Below, one piece after another: positions 39,258 through 52,519 of a stretch of DNA of 64,000 nt; within the stretch, counting starts at the first letter, position 1, and the number at the start of each line of letters is the position of its first letter. A program made the position numbers and the translations under genes. The notes under the pieces were generated by a model. It did no database searches. It was not told where the DNA came from and saw only the letters and a list, made by a program, of their open reading frames with translations. Origin of the DNA: Podarcis gaigeae (Eukaryota); assembly GCA_964106915.2 (NCBI GenBank), contig OZ066918.1. One strand, 5' to 3'.

Positions 39258-39707
39258 CGACAGCATGCAGTTTAATTCAATCCACATTTAAAGCACACTT
39301 CTTCTTTTTTTAAAAAAATCATTTTTATTTGATTTTACAAATATAAAATTATAACAATCCAAATACGTCTGCTGAAGAGGCTCCTCATGAGGCCGGAGGA
39401 ACATACAATTTTTTGCTGAGTTATTGGTTTAATATGCTGTAAACCGCTTTAAGATCTTTATTAAAAATATAAAGCGGTATAGAAATTAAACAAAATAAAA
39501 TAAAAACATATCTATATATTGAGATTACAGTGGTACCTCTGGTTGTGAACGGGATCCGTTCCGGAGGCCCGTTCACAACATGAAAACAACGCAAGCACAG
39601 CGGTGCATCTGTGCATGTGCGGGTTGCGATTCACCGTTTCTGTGCATGCACGTGATGTCATCTTGCACGTCTGCGCATGCGTGAGCGGTGAAACCCAGAA
39701 GTAACCC

Positions 39708-40118
39708 ATGGAGGACCTTACGGTCTTCAAATAAAAACATCTTCGAGATCCTGGGCCACAGGGAGGTTAGACTGGCCTCCACCAGAGCCAGGGCTTTTTT
39801 GGCCGTGGCCCTGATCTGGTGGAACGCTCTTTCACAAGAGACTAGAGCCCTGCAGGACTTGACATCTTTCCACAAAGCCTGCAAGACAGAGCTGTTCCAC
39901 CAGGCCTTTGGCCAAGGCACAGTCTGACCCCCTCCTTCGGTAATCCTCACAGAACTCTAGACCAATGGTTGCCATTAATTTCATTTTGAATTGATTTTAG
40001 AATGAATGTCAATTAATTGATTGTGATTTTATGTAAACTGTTTTACTTTTATTGTTGTTAGCCGCTCTGAGCCCGGCTTCAGTGGTGGAGGGTGGGATAT
40101 AAATAAAAAAAATTATAT

Positions 40119-40155
<37 letters not shown>
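39708..40155 (+). mobile_element. L2 3' fragment, second subfamily, ending in (TAC)n
   Basis: EVRLASTRARAF..WWNALSQETRAL; similar to 54880-55665. Confidence 0.8.
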
Positions 40156-40156
<1 letters not shown>

Positions 40157-41929
40157 ATACTCAGGGTGTGTATGGGAGAGAGAACCTGTGGAACAATACT
40201 CAGGGGGAGAGACAGTTCCATTGGACAAGCTGAAATGTTTGCAATGGCAGAAGGATCTCCTGAGTGCCGCATTGACTTGAGCCCGTTGAGTTTATCTTTG
40301 TCAAATACAAACAGATTTTTAATAAACAAATTAACGAATGTACCATCAGACTCGTATCTCGTCCATCTGTTTCTGACAAGATACACGTTGTCCAAAAATG
40401 GGGTTTTCTTGGGAATTGGCACTGATATCTTCCATGCCGCTGCCAAGAGAGCACATTCCTTTGCCATGGGGAATGTATTCAAAGCCTCTTGTCTCAAAAA
40501 GTTCCTATCTTGCTTTAAAAGGACAGTCCATTGCTGGATGGGTGCAAAGGGCAATGTGTGTAGCAAGGGAACAAGCTTCTGATTGACATGAGTGAGGGAG
40601 TGACCCCACCCTTTATTCGGCTATCATGGCACCCAGCCTGCTTCCAGGCATCATGCGATGAAGCCTCAGTTCAGAGCCCTGCAGGGGAACGTCATCCCCA
40701 TCCAATTTGGTCTAAAGTGAAATTTCAGAGAAAGTTGGGGATTCCACCTTGAGCCAAACACCAGGGAAGCAAGAAAAGAATTGACAAGACTAGAAAAATT
40801 TCTCAGATTCCACAGACCTTCACCATTTTTCCAGACCACACTCTCAACTTCTTCCATGCACCAAATTCACATGAAACCTTGAACATTGCCAGTGCATCCT
40901 TAGAGCTTTTTGCAAGGCAAATTTACCAGCATGATAGCACCGGAAGGAAGGAAGGAAGGAAGGAAGGAAGGAAGGCATGACAATTGTACAATGTGGAATA
41001 GTGGGAAATGACATGAGAATGCCTCGTTTGTATGCAGAATTTTTCCAGTTCACACTCACCAAATAACCACCATTACTGCCTTTTATTCCAGAGAGGGAAA
41101 TCTGTTCCTGAATGGTATGTCCAGCCATACCTTGAGAAGAAACTGTATTAGAAATCAATAGCAAAAGAGTCTGAAAATTAAGTAATGTGGTTAAGCACCT
41201 CTGAATGATGCCATTTTAAAGAGCTGATTAGAAATAAATATGCCAATTGACACATAGATCTGGAATAAAATGATTCTTAATCAATTTAAGCTAGTGAGAG
41301 AATGAGAGGCCCTTCACAATGAGAGTCTGCAGAATGCATTGTGTGAGCACTTGTCAAGAGAGACAAAAAGCCGGATTTTTATTGACACAGCAGCTGCGAT
41401 GAAATGGAGAGCAGATGAACTCCCAGGGAAACCAGGTGAGACAGAAAGGGAATCAAAATCACCATTCACATCAGCGGCGCTAAGGATGAACAACACCGGA
41501 CTTAGGAGAATGGATGTCCAGGGAGATTTGAGAGGATTACCCGGTTCAATTAAGGGTAAGCTCCTTAACCTACTAACCCATGATGATGTGCCAAAAAAGA
41601 AATGAAGTGACCATTGTGGATGGTCTCGAGTCGTCTGGATTTTGTTTTGAGGCACCTAATTATCAAGACACAAAAACATCTGCAACACTAAAGCAGCAGA
41701 GCATTGGAGCAGCGTCAATAGACAGCATCCCGTCAAGGGATCTGGCTTTGTGTAACCAAGAAGTTTGACTGGATTTTGTTTGTTTGTTTGTTTTAAGTAA
41801 AATGTGGAAGCTTGCACGCATGAGAGACACAGCACCGGGCATTTTAGCAAGCGATTTGGCAAATTAGACTGAAATTAGACATGTTCAAAGAGGAGTGGTG
41901 ACATCTGGGGTTCTGAAGGGTGTTGGAGC

Positions 41930-42615
41930 AAGCCAGGGTAGTGTTGTGGTTAGAGTGTCAGGATAGGACCAGAGAGGCCAGGCTTCAGATCTCCCACTCC
42001 GACACGAAGCTCCCTGGGCGATCTTGGGCCAAAGTCCCTCGGGCCAAACCAACTTGTGTTGTTTTTTTAAAAAAAAATTATTAAAGGTTTTCTTAATACA
42101 ATAGAAAAAGCAAACAAAATAACATATAATTTTTTCAATATCCACATTTTCTTCACTTCTTTGGACTTCCTCACATCTCTCGTTCCTGCGTTCTAAGTTT
42201 TTTGAACTTTACCCAGCAAATTATCACCTTGTTTCAATTCTTATATTATAATTTCCAATATTGTGTCCCTAATTTTAGATAATTTTACCCAAACCTTAAA
42301 AGCTTAATTTTAGCATAATATTTATCCAAAATTTGTCTTTTCTTATATTTTCATTTATCTTCATATTCCTTTTAACTATCTTAATGGTGCCATATTATTA
42401 ATAATCTTACATCTTTCTTAACACTCATACAATTTACAATATTTTTGTAAATAGTCATTAAATTTCTTCCAGTCCTCCTCCACAGCCTCTTCTCCTAGGT
42501 CTCGGATTCTGCCACGGGCCAAACCAACTTGACAGGACCATTGTGAGGATAAAATGGGGAGGTGGAGAACCCTTTATGCAAGGAAAGATGGGATATAAAT
42601 GCAATGCTAAATAAA
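41930..42615 (+). mobile_element. tRNA-derived SINE interrupted by an L1 3' fragment (about 42063-42515, minus strand)
   Basis: The motif cgggccaaaccaacttg is duplicated either side of the AT-rich L1 piece (TSD). Confidence 0.6.
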
Positions 42616-45600
42616 TGTTTTGGCCAGAAGGACGTCTGGCCTTAGCCAAAGGAGATGTTTGAAGCTAGGGGATGTTGTAATATACGGTCACACTTGCATG
42701 CATAGAAAGGGTTAGCCTGAGCCCTGAGCTCATGCTGTAAATGGGTGTGGCTTACTCAGCAGCCTCTGCTCCCCACTTCTCATTCTTGCTTCCTGCAACA
42801 AGCAAGAAGCTACCTAGCCATGACACCCTCCATCTGAACCAAATCTCTCCAAACAGGAGATTTCAGAAGCCTACATCTTTGCTAACCCAAGGATTGCATG
42901 ATCCTTAAAAAAGGAAAAGGAAAGTTCTTTTCTTTTTAAGTTGTTTGGAACCTTTATTTCATCTTCAGTTTACTTTGGCACTGGTTTGGAGGGAACCCCT
43001 AATTTCTGGGTTTGTAGTTAATGAAGCTTCTCTGGTATGATAGTGAGTCCTCCCCACTGCCTGTTCCCATCGGTAAGCATTTGTTTTGATGAAGAAAGCA
43101 TGGAATGGCAAAAGCGAGACTGCTCAGTTCATTAATCTGGGCTTTCTTCAGCACTGCTGTTGAACAGTCAACAAATGTTCAGAGTGCTTTCCCAAAGAGA
43201 ATTCCTCCACCCAACAAGGCAACCCCTATAGTTTATGCACTGGATATATGCTCTCTTGACGCTTTCCATCCCAACACTATATTTAACGGATCAGGCCACA
43301 GGATTTCTTGCTCCCTCTCTCAGCTGCTCCCCTCTCGCATGCAAATGCCCCCCAATATTCCCTTGTTGTCCTTGATCATAGTCTGTTGTTGTGCCTGTTA
43401 ACTAGAGTTAGTCTAGTTAACTAGAGTTTGAAACCACTATTAGAAGCCAGTTCCAAATCCTGCACCTTTCTGCAGTTTTGTTTTCTAATTGAAACCCTCT
43501 TCCCTTGCTCTTTTCTTCTGCAAGCGGGTGATCTCTCAAGCTGTCAATAAAAGCCTGTGAAATGCAGGCTGTGGACAGCAAAAGCGCATTAGACAGCAAA
43601 GTGTGCTGCTGTACCGCACGAGCACTGTGCACTGGCTTGCCGTGAATACATTTCCCATTAAGTGCGCCCGGGCAGGGCCATTTCATTGTGTAGGAAAGCT
43701 TCTCATGTGCGGCATGGAGACCTTTCCTGCTCTTTCCTTCCTGCCCTCCTCCTCCTCTTCTTTTTATTCAAGGACACGACTGCCAAACTCCGAGTCTGGC
43801 TCCTGCACACATTTCCCAGGAGGCCCTGTGAAATCAAGTTGCTCTCTTCATGCCAGCGTGGCTTTTGTTCCATCTCCGCTAGAGCCAAGAGGCAGTCGCA
43901 CTGCCAAGAACACAGGCAGAATACAGTGGAACAGAAAGGTGTGGGGGGTTTGTGTGCGTGTGTGCGTGTGCGTTTGGAAGAACACCCACCTTCAGTTTCG
44001 TTCACTGGGCTGTTTCATCTTTTAAAACCAGTGGCATCTCCCAGGCAGTTGCAGCAGGGAAAAACTTACAGACATTGCACTCGATGTTAATAAATGTGTT
44101 TTCCATTAAGCGGCTGTTGTAATGCTCTGCTTGTTTGCCTTTCTGGGCGCACTTTCATCATTCACTGTTGCACTGGTCCTGCCTTGTAATTTGTCTCGGA
44201 CGTTTACATTGCCGACTGCAGGCATACAAACCTCTAAGATCAAGTAACTGTTCAAGACACTTGATAAAAGGGGTCTATTCAGGGTCTCTCTGGTGATGTC
44301 TGCCTATACGCACACACACACACACAAACATCCAAGAACAGCTTTGATGTATTCTATAAACTGCCTGAGAGCCAACAATTCAACTTTCCTTGATGGTAAA
44401 ATGCCATTAAGAGTTTTTGATTTTTTTATATATAAAAAAGTTGGTGTACATGCACAATTAACACAGCCTCTCTCCCAATTTAACAAGGAGATAAAAATGC
44501 CTTCCCATGACAGATTTCTATCTCTCTATAACAGCTGGAAGCTATTCCTGGCATTCTCTGACTGAAGCCCGTGTTTCAAATAATTGAAAGGATATCCTAT
44601 AATAGCATCCTCAGTGGGCTAGGAAACAGTTGTTTCCCGTGGAGCTACCTTGTGTAGGTTGAGGAGTCACCTGCAAGTGCCATCCTTCTGTTTTCTATAG
44701 GGTTCGCCCTTCCTTCCTTTGGTGGGTATCTCCTCATCTCTTAGGCAATCCTTTCTTCTTGGAAAACCTTCAACTTGCCGTCATTGGATTTGACAGCTGG
44801 TGTTTGTGAAATGTACACAGTTTGTAGGATGTAGAATTTGTTACCCACCAAGTCAAACACAAGCACTGCTCGGGCATTCTCCACTTGCCTCCGTCCCATG
44901 ATTACCAACATGCGGGGAGAAAATTGCAGGAATCATCTCAGGTCCTGACCCACCACTTACGTCACTCTTGCTGTTTCTACAGCCCTCCGCACATGTTGGA
45001 GGCTGAATCTCTGAAGCGGGGGGAAACCTGGAAGATCAGGGTTGTAAATTGTGCAAGGATCCTGCACAAGTAACAAAGACTCCACATTGTAGATGCTCAG
45101 CCTGTTAGAGTTGTTCAGCTCAATCCCTGATCTGGACCTTGTGTGGTAATCGTCCAGGTTTGCACTCCAAGAATGAGTTTCAAAGATTTACTGCAAAACA
45201 GTCTTAAAACTAGTTACATAAAGATAAATGTTTCAAGAACAAATGACTAAATAAAATATTGCACTCAAGTAGCAGTCAATGTGCCTCAGTCCTTTAGGTC
45301 CTTTATGCAGTTCAGTAAAGTTTCTTCTCTCTAGTCCCAGGGAGAGATCCTAAGCTCGTTCATCATTGCTCCTTCTGCCACTGTGACTGCTAGCAATCAC
45401 TGAATTCTCATGTTTCATCTCCTGCTGTGAGAGATCTGCTACTTGGGTTTCCTGGGATGAGATCTCAGGTAGCATAACCCTGTGAAATGAAATAACACCA
45501 GCTTTCCACTTTCACCTAGAGTGGAATTTCTTGCTTAATGTAAACTTCTCAGCTTTGTGAATGCAAACTTTTACAGATGTTTTAAGGCATGAATACAAAG

Positions 45601-46367
45601 ATGACGGCAACGATTGAATAAATTTCTATAATGCCCTTCATTCTAAGATGACAGAGTGGTTTACAATATAAAAACACAAAAATACATGGCAATATTGTCT
45701 CCTCCCATTACATTCTTAAGCACATTAAACTTTTAACTATAATTCAGCTTCCTTTTGTTGCTGCCTGCCTAGGGTTGAGACAAGAAAACTAGGCCACAAA
45801 GTGAGAAACTGTTTTTGACTTGGTGGTCACAAATCAGTCAGCCATAAGTTGTGCCTGTGAAAGAAGAGCGTCAATGAATCAAAATTAAAACTCCATTTAG
45901 TTCAGCATTTTGTTTCTACCAGGGGCACAAGCCAAACGCTTCTAGGAAATTCACAACCAAGGCATGAAGGCAACAGTTCCTGCCAGTTGTTTGTCCACCC
46001 AACAACTGGTAGCCAGAGGTTTACTGCCTCTAAATCTGAAGGTTCCATCTAATATTTCCATTCTCCATATTTTTTTTGCTGAGTACCCTTTTAAAGTCAA
46101 TTAAACCAGTGGCCTTCACATTTTACTGGCAGTGAATCCCGTGTTAATTCTGCATAGGGGAATTTCCTGGTGAGCCAGGTGAGTTGACCGTCAACGTGTT
46201 CAAGGTTTGGCTGCTGTAATGCACCCCATGATGTCTGCCTTAAAAACCTATTTGAAGGGTACAAATAGTATCATAGAATGAGATGCTCTTGTTCTACTTT
46301 TGTCCCCATCAACTAAATTCTGGAGACCAGCATTGCTTTCCAGGTGTCCCTTTGCATGCTTTCATGC

Positions 46368-46620
46368 AGCCAGTGTGGTGTAGTCGTTAAGAGAGGTAGT
46401 CTCGTAATCTGGGGAACCGGGTTCGCGTCTCCGCTCCTCCACATGCAGCTGCTGGGTGACCTTGGGCCAGTCACACTTCTCTGAAGTCTCTCAGCCCCAC
46501 TCACCTCACAGAGTTTTGTTGTGGGGGAGGAAGGGAAAGGAGAATGTTAGCCACTTTGAGACTCCTTAAAGGGAGTGATAAAGCGGGATATCAAATCCAA
46601 ACTCCTCTTCTTCTTCTTCA
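46368..46620 (+). mobile_element. Squam3-like tRNA SINE
   Basis: Highly similar to 22086-22330. Confidence 0.85.
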
Positions 46621-49600
46621 TTCATGGCTCCCCTCCGAACTGAAACGTGAACAGCAGCAGCAGCCTTTGGCACTCAGGTTCGTGTGGCATAAATGGGTAC
46701 CGGCAGCCATGGTAAAGTGGTGGGAATGTGCAATGGCCCATTGACAGATGAAGGATCAAAAACCAGGAGGTCATCCATGGTTGGGCAGGCGAGCAGGGTG
46801 ATGGTGGAATCAAAGTAGGGCAAGACTAGATGAAGATCAGGAATGAGGACATCTGGTGGAGACAAGAGGATGAATATGCAATCAAATAGGGGTGGAGAAC
46901 TAGATTCTGTTGGACACAAACTCCATAAACACTGTAGATTTTACCAGTCCTTAATGTTTCAACAATGACCCAGTGTGTCAAGTCTTGTTTAAAGGAATGA
47001 ACCAAATTAATTAATATGGAGAATTAAATGCTATTTAGCCTTGCTTGTATCCCTGCCGACTTGCCAATTTGTCTGCCTCTGATGTAATTACCTTTCATTT
47101 ATGTCTCTAATCCTACAAACCTGTCTCTTGCCCCTTCCCACCACCTTTGATTCAATCAGGCCACCACACAGAAGTTCCACATCAAAGCCAGACGTGGAGA
47201 GGGAAACGATGCTCTCCGAGCTGCTGATCAGGGAATCAAGTTTACCCAAGTTACATCTCACAGAAAAGCTTGGGGAAGTGTGAAAGCAGAGGTTGCAGTA
47301 TCAAGCCAGGGAGCAAAATGAAAGTGAAGTAGTTCTCCTCACATGAACGGTATGATGGACCAATATCCTGGGCTCCCGGTATGCTGGGCGGAGGCTGGGA
47401 TGAACACAGGCAAAGATCGCCCCCTTGCTCATCCCAGCCCCCACTTGGCTCCTGGTCCTGAGCTGCTGGATGGAGGCTGGGGCACACAGAGGGTGCCTGG
47501 TGGTGGGAGGTGGCAGCCCCCTCAATATTGGGGGGCTGAAGTCCCTTCTGTCCCTATATTCAGCACCCCTGATTTCCAGCCCTCTAACTACTGAGAGAAT
47601 TCCTTAACCATTTTCACATCCACGTGACTCAGGAAGGTAACCCATAGTACCTTTATGTTCTAACTAAGGTGGAGAATGCAATGAGCCATGCTTGCTTTTT
47701 CATCTCAGGAGGAGAGACACAAAATATATCTCCTCTCCCAAGGGAGTCATGGAGCAGAAAGGAGATGAGGTCAGGTCAGCAACACTAAGAATATCAGCCT
47801 AACCCTGAAAAAAGATCAATAGGTCACTCCAGGGAGGACAGTGTAAGATGCTTGGATATTCCTTTCTGTTGACGCTTCCCATGCAGGTGTATCTGTCTCC
47901 AGTGCAAGTTGAGTTGCATCCTAGCACTTCCAAGGTAAACTTCACATTGGAGAGGGAGGGAAAACTTTACAATCCCGGTGGTGGAAGGAGGAAGACCAGG
48001 CAAGAGACACTAAGGTAGGCCGCCACCTTCCTGGGATGTGACTATTGGGTCACTACATTTTACTTAAAGTGGCATTTCAATATGCACTATATCCTGCCCT
48101 GCCCTTTATTCAGTTCACCTAAGGACATGTTCCTCTATTCATTTGAGAATTTTCAAGAAGGTCAATCAGATGATTTCAAAGTTAGATGGTTGCTGGCTGA
48201 TGTAGACATTTGTTACCTACAGAATAACTTTACATGTGTTAGCTGTGAGAAACTTGCAGACTACTTTTTGGACCCAGAACTGTGTCAACTGCTGAGGGGA
48301 TTTTAAAAAATCTAAATCAGGGATGAGGAACCTCAGGCCCAGGGTCTGAATGCAGTCATCCAGATCTCTCTGCCTGGCCTTTGGCATTCTTCCCAGGCCA
48401 TCCCCTCCACTGGACCTCCTTTGTGTCCTTCTTGAGTGCTTTTGCCTGGGTACAATGTGTCCTTGAATCCTGAACATCAGTGGAGGCTGGTGTCCCTTGG
48501 GACTAGTAGGCAGAAGGCAAGGAGACCAACAGTAGCTGGAACCAGAGTCAATGACCGGTGGAGCCAATTAATTCTAGTTTCGTCTCCACTCTCCTCCATG
48601 CCGAGGTCTCCAAAGACAACACTGAAAGGGAGGAAGCAGGCAACCAGTGCAACTCAAAATCACACCTGCTGGACTGGTTGTAAGTAAGGAAGCAAACAAA
48701 CAAACAAACAAACAAACAAACAAACAAACACTTGCCCTATTGGACCAGGCTCAACTGCAGTCATGCTTCTTGTTTCGCTGGATGAAAGATAGAGAGGGGT
48801 GTGTGACTATATTAACAGTTGTTCTCCACCCACTTTTATTTCTGGCCATGCCCAATATTGGCATATATCCCCAGGAAGAAGACTATGCAGGCCACAAGCT
48901 GCTAACTCTTTCCTACTAAATGATTTGGGGGAATTTCCAGCTTTAAATTTGGGGAATTTCCAGTTCTGAAAATAAGGGTGTTTAACTTTTTCTCGGGTTG
49001 TCCTGTTCGTCTTTTTGCGATTCGTATTGCAATGCCCATTGATGACGAACAATAAAAATCTGACTGACTGACATTTCAAGGGAAATCGAAGGTTTTTTGC
49101 TTCAGCAAAACATACACAGGATATTGACTTTCTAGAAGCGAAATTTCTTAGTGAGCTTTGCCCATTCCTGGGACTACTAACAAGTGTGCTTCTTTGATCT
49201 CAATTCCTCTGAGGGAGCACAGGAGCAGACTGCTCTGGAAGGGCATATTTATGTATTGGTTTTATTCCTGCAAGGCACTTCCTTGTCTGCATCCAAGCAC
49301 AAACATTTTGTGGGGCTGAGGAAAGCATGCGACTAGATCCTGGGAAAGGTAAGATCCTGGGAAAGGTTGTTGTTCAGGTAGTTTGATAGGGAGCCAGTCA
49401 AAATTCCAAGCCAGGTTGGTTATTCTGCTGTGGTTCATAACTCTGTCCTGGTAAAGGGTATCACTCATTCATAAATGCTGCCGCAGGAAGTCCATTGGTG
49501 ACTTGCTTAAGCAATCCTGCATCTGGAGGAAAAAATAACATGAGAATTAGCTCTAGGAACACAACATCTCACACTATGGAGCCCTGTAGAGATAGTGCAT

Positions 49601-49622
49601 TCCCCTTCTATAGTATTCAAAG

Positions 49623-50426
49623 GTCTTTTGAAAGGCGATTGCAGACCTGGAAAGCCTACATGCCACTTACCCCAATATCACGATTTTCTGTTCAGAACTT
49701 CTGCCACGCTTACAATGGCGTGGCAACATCAAACCCACCAGACTTAATTACACTGTTGAAACAGTCAATAGGGCAGTGCGCTCTGCAACCACACACATGG
49801 GAGGTCGGGTCGTGAAACACCCCAACTTTAAAGTTTACATGAAGGAGCTATTTAGGCCCGATGCTGTGCACTTATCGGACCTCGGTAACGAGCGTTGGCT
49901 GAGCGACATCAGGCATAGCCTGATGACTGGTTGGAGGATGGTGAAGGGGCTTTTCAGATGTATGTAGTCTTCGTGGCGAGACTGCAATCTTTGCGGTCTC
50001 GGGTGGCGGTATCAGGCCTTGGGCGGAATCCTTTAGTCTATCTTCCTCTTTGCAGTGGCGATACCAGGGTTCCCCGTTAAAGGGGTTTCTGAAGGGAGGC
50101 TTTGACCGTACGCCGAAAGGTCGTCATTGCTCTCCCCTGCGGCGGCAGCGTAACGGGGGCGGCTATCTCTGCTTGAACATATGTTCTCCAGAGCTGTCCC
50201 ATCCCCCACACACACACACACTGGATAAGCCTGATGCTCCCTAGGTCCCCGGCTGGGGACTGGGGAGGGAAAACGCCCAATGCCTGAGTCAAGGTCTACC
50301 CACATTTGAAATTTAATAAAGTTGTGGCCAATAAAGTTGTGCCATAGCACGTTGTCTTGAGTTGTTATTCCACATGACGGGGGGGGGGGACCGCTCGGGA
50401 TCTGGGGACTCCGCCTGTCCACGCAA
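49623..50426 (+). mobile_element. 3' end of a DIRS/Ngaro-type tyrosine-recombinase retrotransposon
   Basis: SGNH-hydrolase remnant followed by a CpG-rich terminal region with aataaagttgtggcc, ending ..ccacgcaa. Confidence 0.7.
49632..49967 (+). pseudogene. SGNH/GDSL hydrolase C-terminal remnant (retroelement-borne)
   Basis: Open frame KAIADLESLHATYPNITIFCSELLPRLQWRG..VNRAVRSATTHMGGRVVKHP..LFRPDAVHLSDLGNERWL, containing the D-x-x-H block V motif. Confidence 0.72.
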
Positions 50427-50721
50427 TTAGCTCTAGGAACACAACATCTCACACTATGGAGCCCTGTAGAGATAGTGCATTCCCCTTCTATAGTATTCAA
50501 AGCCAAGCTAGAAGCAAAAGCAGCTGCATATATCTGTAGCACAGCCAGATGTTGCAGGGGGGGTGCTCCCTGCATCAAGGAAGTTTATACAAAATAAGCA
50601 CATTTGCACATATCTCTAGACTGTATGTTGAGCAGAGAACTTGAGCTTCCCAAGCACAGAAGGTTGATTCCACAGCTGCAAGATTTGTACTGTGGATGTC
50701 TTTTGCATGTGCAGACTATGA

Positions 50722-50990
50722 GTCAGGCAGAGGGCCTTCTCGGTGGTGGCAACCACCCTGTGGAATGCCCTCCCACCAGATGTCAAGGAAATAAACAACT
50801 ACCTGACTTTTATAAGACATCTGAAGGCAGTCCTGTTTAGGGAAGTTTTTTTTAATGTTTGAAGTTTTATTTTAGTTTATATTTTGTTGGGAGCCACCCA
50901 GAGAGTCTGGGAAAAAACAGCCAGATGGGCGGGCTATAAATAATAACAAATTATTATTATTATTATTAGTAGTAGTAGTAGTAGTATTCA
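50722..50990 (+). mobile_element. L2 3' fragment
   Basis: aggcagagggccttctcggtggtgg..ccagatgtcaaggaaataaacaactac; (ATT)/(AGT) tail. Confidence 0.85.
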
Positions 50991-51097
50991 ATTTTGTGTG
51001 CAACCTTGGTTGTGTTTTTACTCTGGTAATTTCCCAAGTGCTGTGATAGTTTTTTCTAGTGATGGTGTTACAAGGACAACTTTTCAAGATCCTCTGA

Positions 51098-51880
51098 TTG
51101 CATGTCAAGGTCCCCAAGCCACCCCCCAAATAACTCACAACGCACACTTGATTTTTGTTTAAGGTTTTTGGCATAATTTTGGCCACAACTTTATTTAAAT
51201 ACAAAACCGTGAGTGATTGTTTAGGCATTGGTTAAGACTATCTGTCCCCCCACCTGGGGACAGAACTGACTTCCGGGCACCACCGAAAGACAGTGCGGGG
51301 GAAAGCAAGTCGGGGAGAAATGGAGCTGAGTCTCATCCGCATGCTCCCCGAAGGCTTGCCGGCCCTGGTCCCATTCCAGGGATTGGACAAAAAGATGGCA
51401 AGCCCCAGGATTCCTTTAACGGAATTCCCTTTCCGCAGCAACCATGGAGGGGCAGGCCCAGCCTATCCTAACCCCTCTTCCACCAATTTATAACCAATGC
51501 CTAACCGCAACCTTACAAGTTGTGACGATTTGCTACGCAGTAGGCAAAAACCAAATGGCCCAGCCAATCAGCCAATTTGACAAAATTCCTACCAGGCCCC
51601 TGCCCCAACGGCAGACGACCCCATGACAGGCATAGCAAGGTCAATGCAACAACCCCTTACTCAAGGGCGGGTGGGCGGGTGATCCGTGGCACGCAGCAAA
51701 GAGAAAGCTCCAGGCTGTGTGCAGAGTATTTAAACATTTTACCCCTCCCACCAAAATTGCAACATAACTTTTACCCCAGCAACCCAGTGAACCAATCACT
51801 GCCCCAGGCCATCTTTAGAGACCCTGCCTGGTAACAGAGGGGTGGCTCAGCAGACCCCACCGCAACACGTGCTCTCCATG
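51098..51880 (-). mobile_element. Non-coding terminal-repeat remnant of a DIRS/Ngaro-like element
   Basis: Shares conserved blocks with 6856-8090; minus-strand end ..acatgcaa; right boundary approximate. Confidence 0.6.
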
Positions 51881-52519
51881 AAGGAGAACACGCTTTCCAA
51901 GAGACCAGTGTAGGCAACAGTCCACAAAGAGGACTTGCCACCATGGATTTTTGAGCAGGACTAGACATCCAGTGGTTCTGAGAACTGTGGTTACCACTAA
52001 GTAGCCACAAAGCATTACTGGACAGATGCTTGAACTTTTTCCACTACCCCTTCCACTTTTCCCCACAACACAGACAAACACATCTGGGGAAAGCAGCCAA
52101 GAGAGGGGTTGCAGAGGTATAGATAGAGAATAGCATATACAGTATAATGTTTGCTACCACCATTTGGTACACATGTGAAGTACATTAATGAAACAATAAT
52201 ATGTTATCTTTATCTTTGGGAGGGGTGGGTCTTTAATGTCATTGTATGCTAGGATAAAATACAGAATTGTTTAGAGTCTATAAGAGGTCGTTTTCTTACT
52301 AGTCCATGGGTTTATCAGGATTGCAAGACTTTTAACTGGCAGATTAATCAACTTAAGCTTTAGTTGATTAATTAGTGGCTTTAACCAGAGATGACAAACT
52401 TCACAATGTGAAACTGAAAGTTAAGATCATACCTGTTTTTGTTTAGGGGGGAGAGAGAGAGAAAGAGTGCGCTTAGATTATTTTGGTTTTGATATGTTAG
52501 TTATTGTATTATAGAATGG

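Larger units (their letters stand above)
49545..50502. repeat. Perfect 78-bp direct repeat (49545-49622 and 50425-50502) flanking an 802-bp insert
   Basis: aattagctctaggaac...tagtattcaaag is identical in both copies. Confidence 0.95.

Noticed and set aside
41339-41605. 88-aa hydrophilic ORF as a possible exon
   Set aside because: No recognisable domain or convincing splice-site pair.
44795-44812. agctggtgtttgtgaaat, resembling miR-138
   Set aside because: Has indels relative to the mature miRNA and no supporting precursor hairpin.
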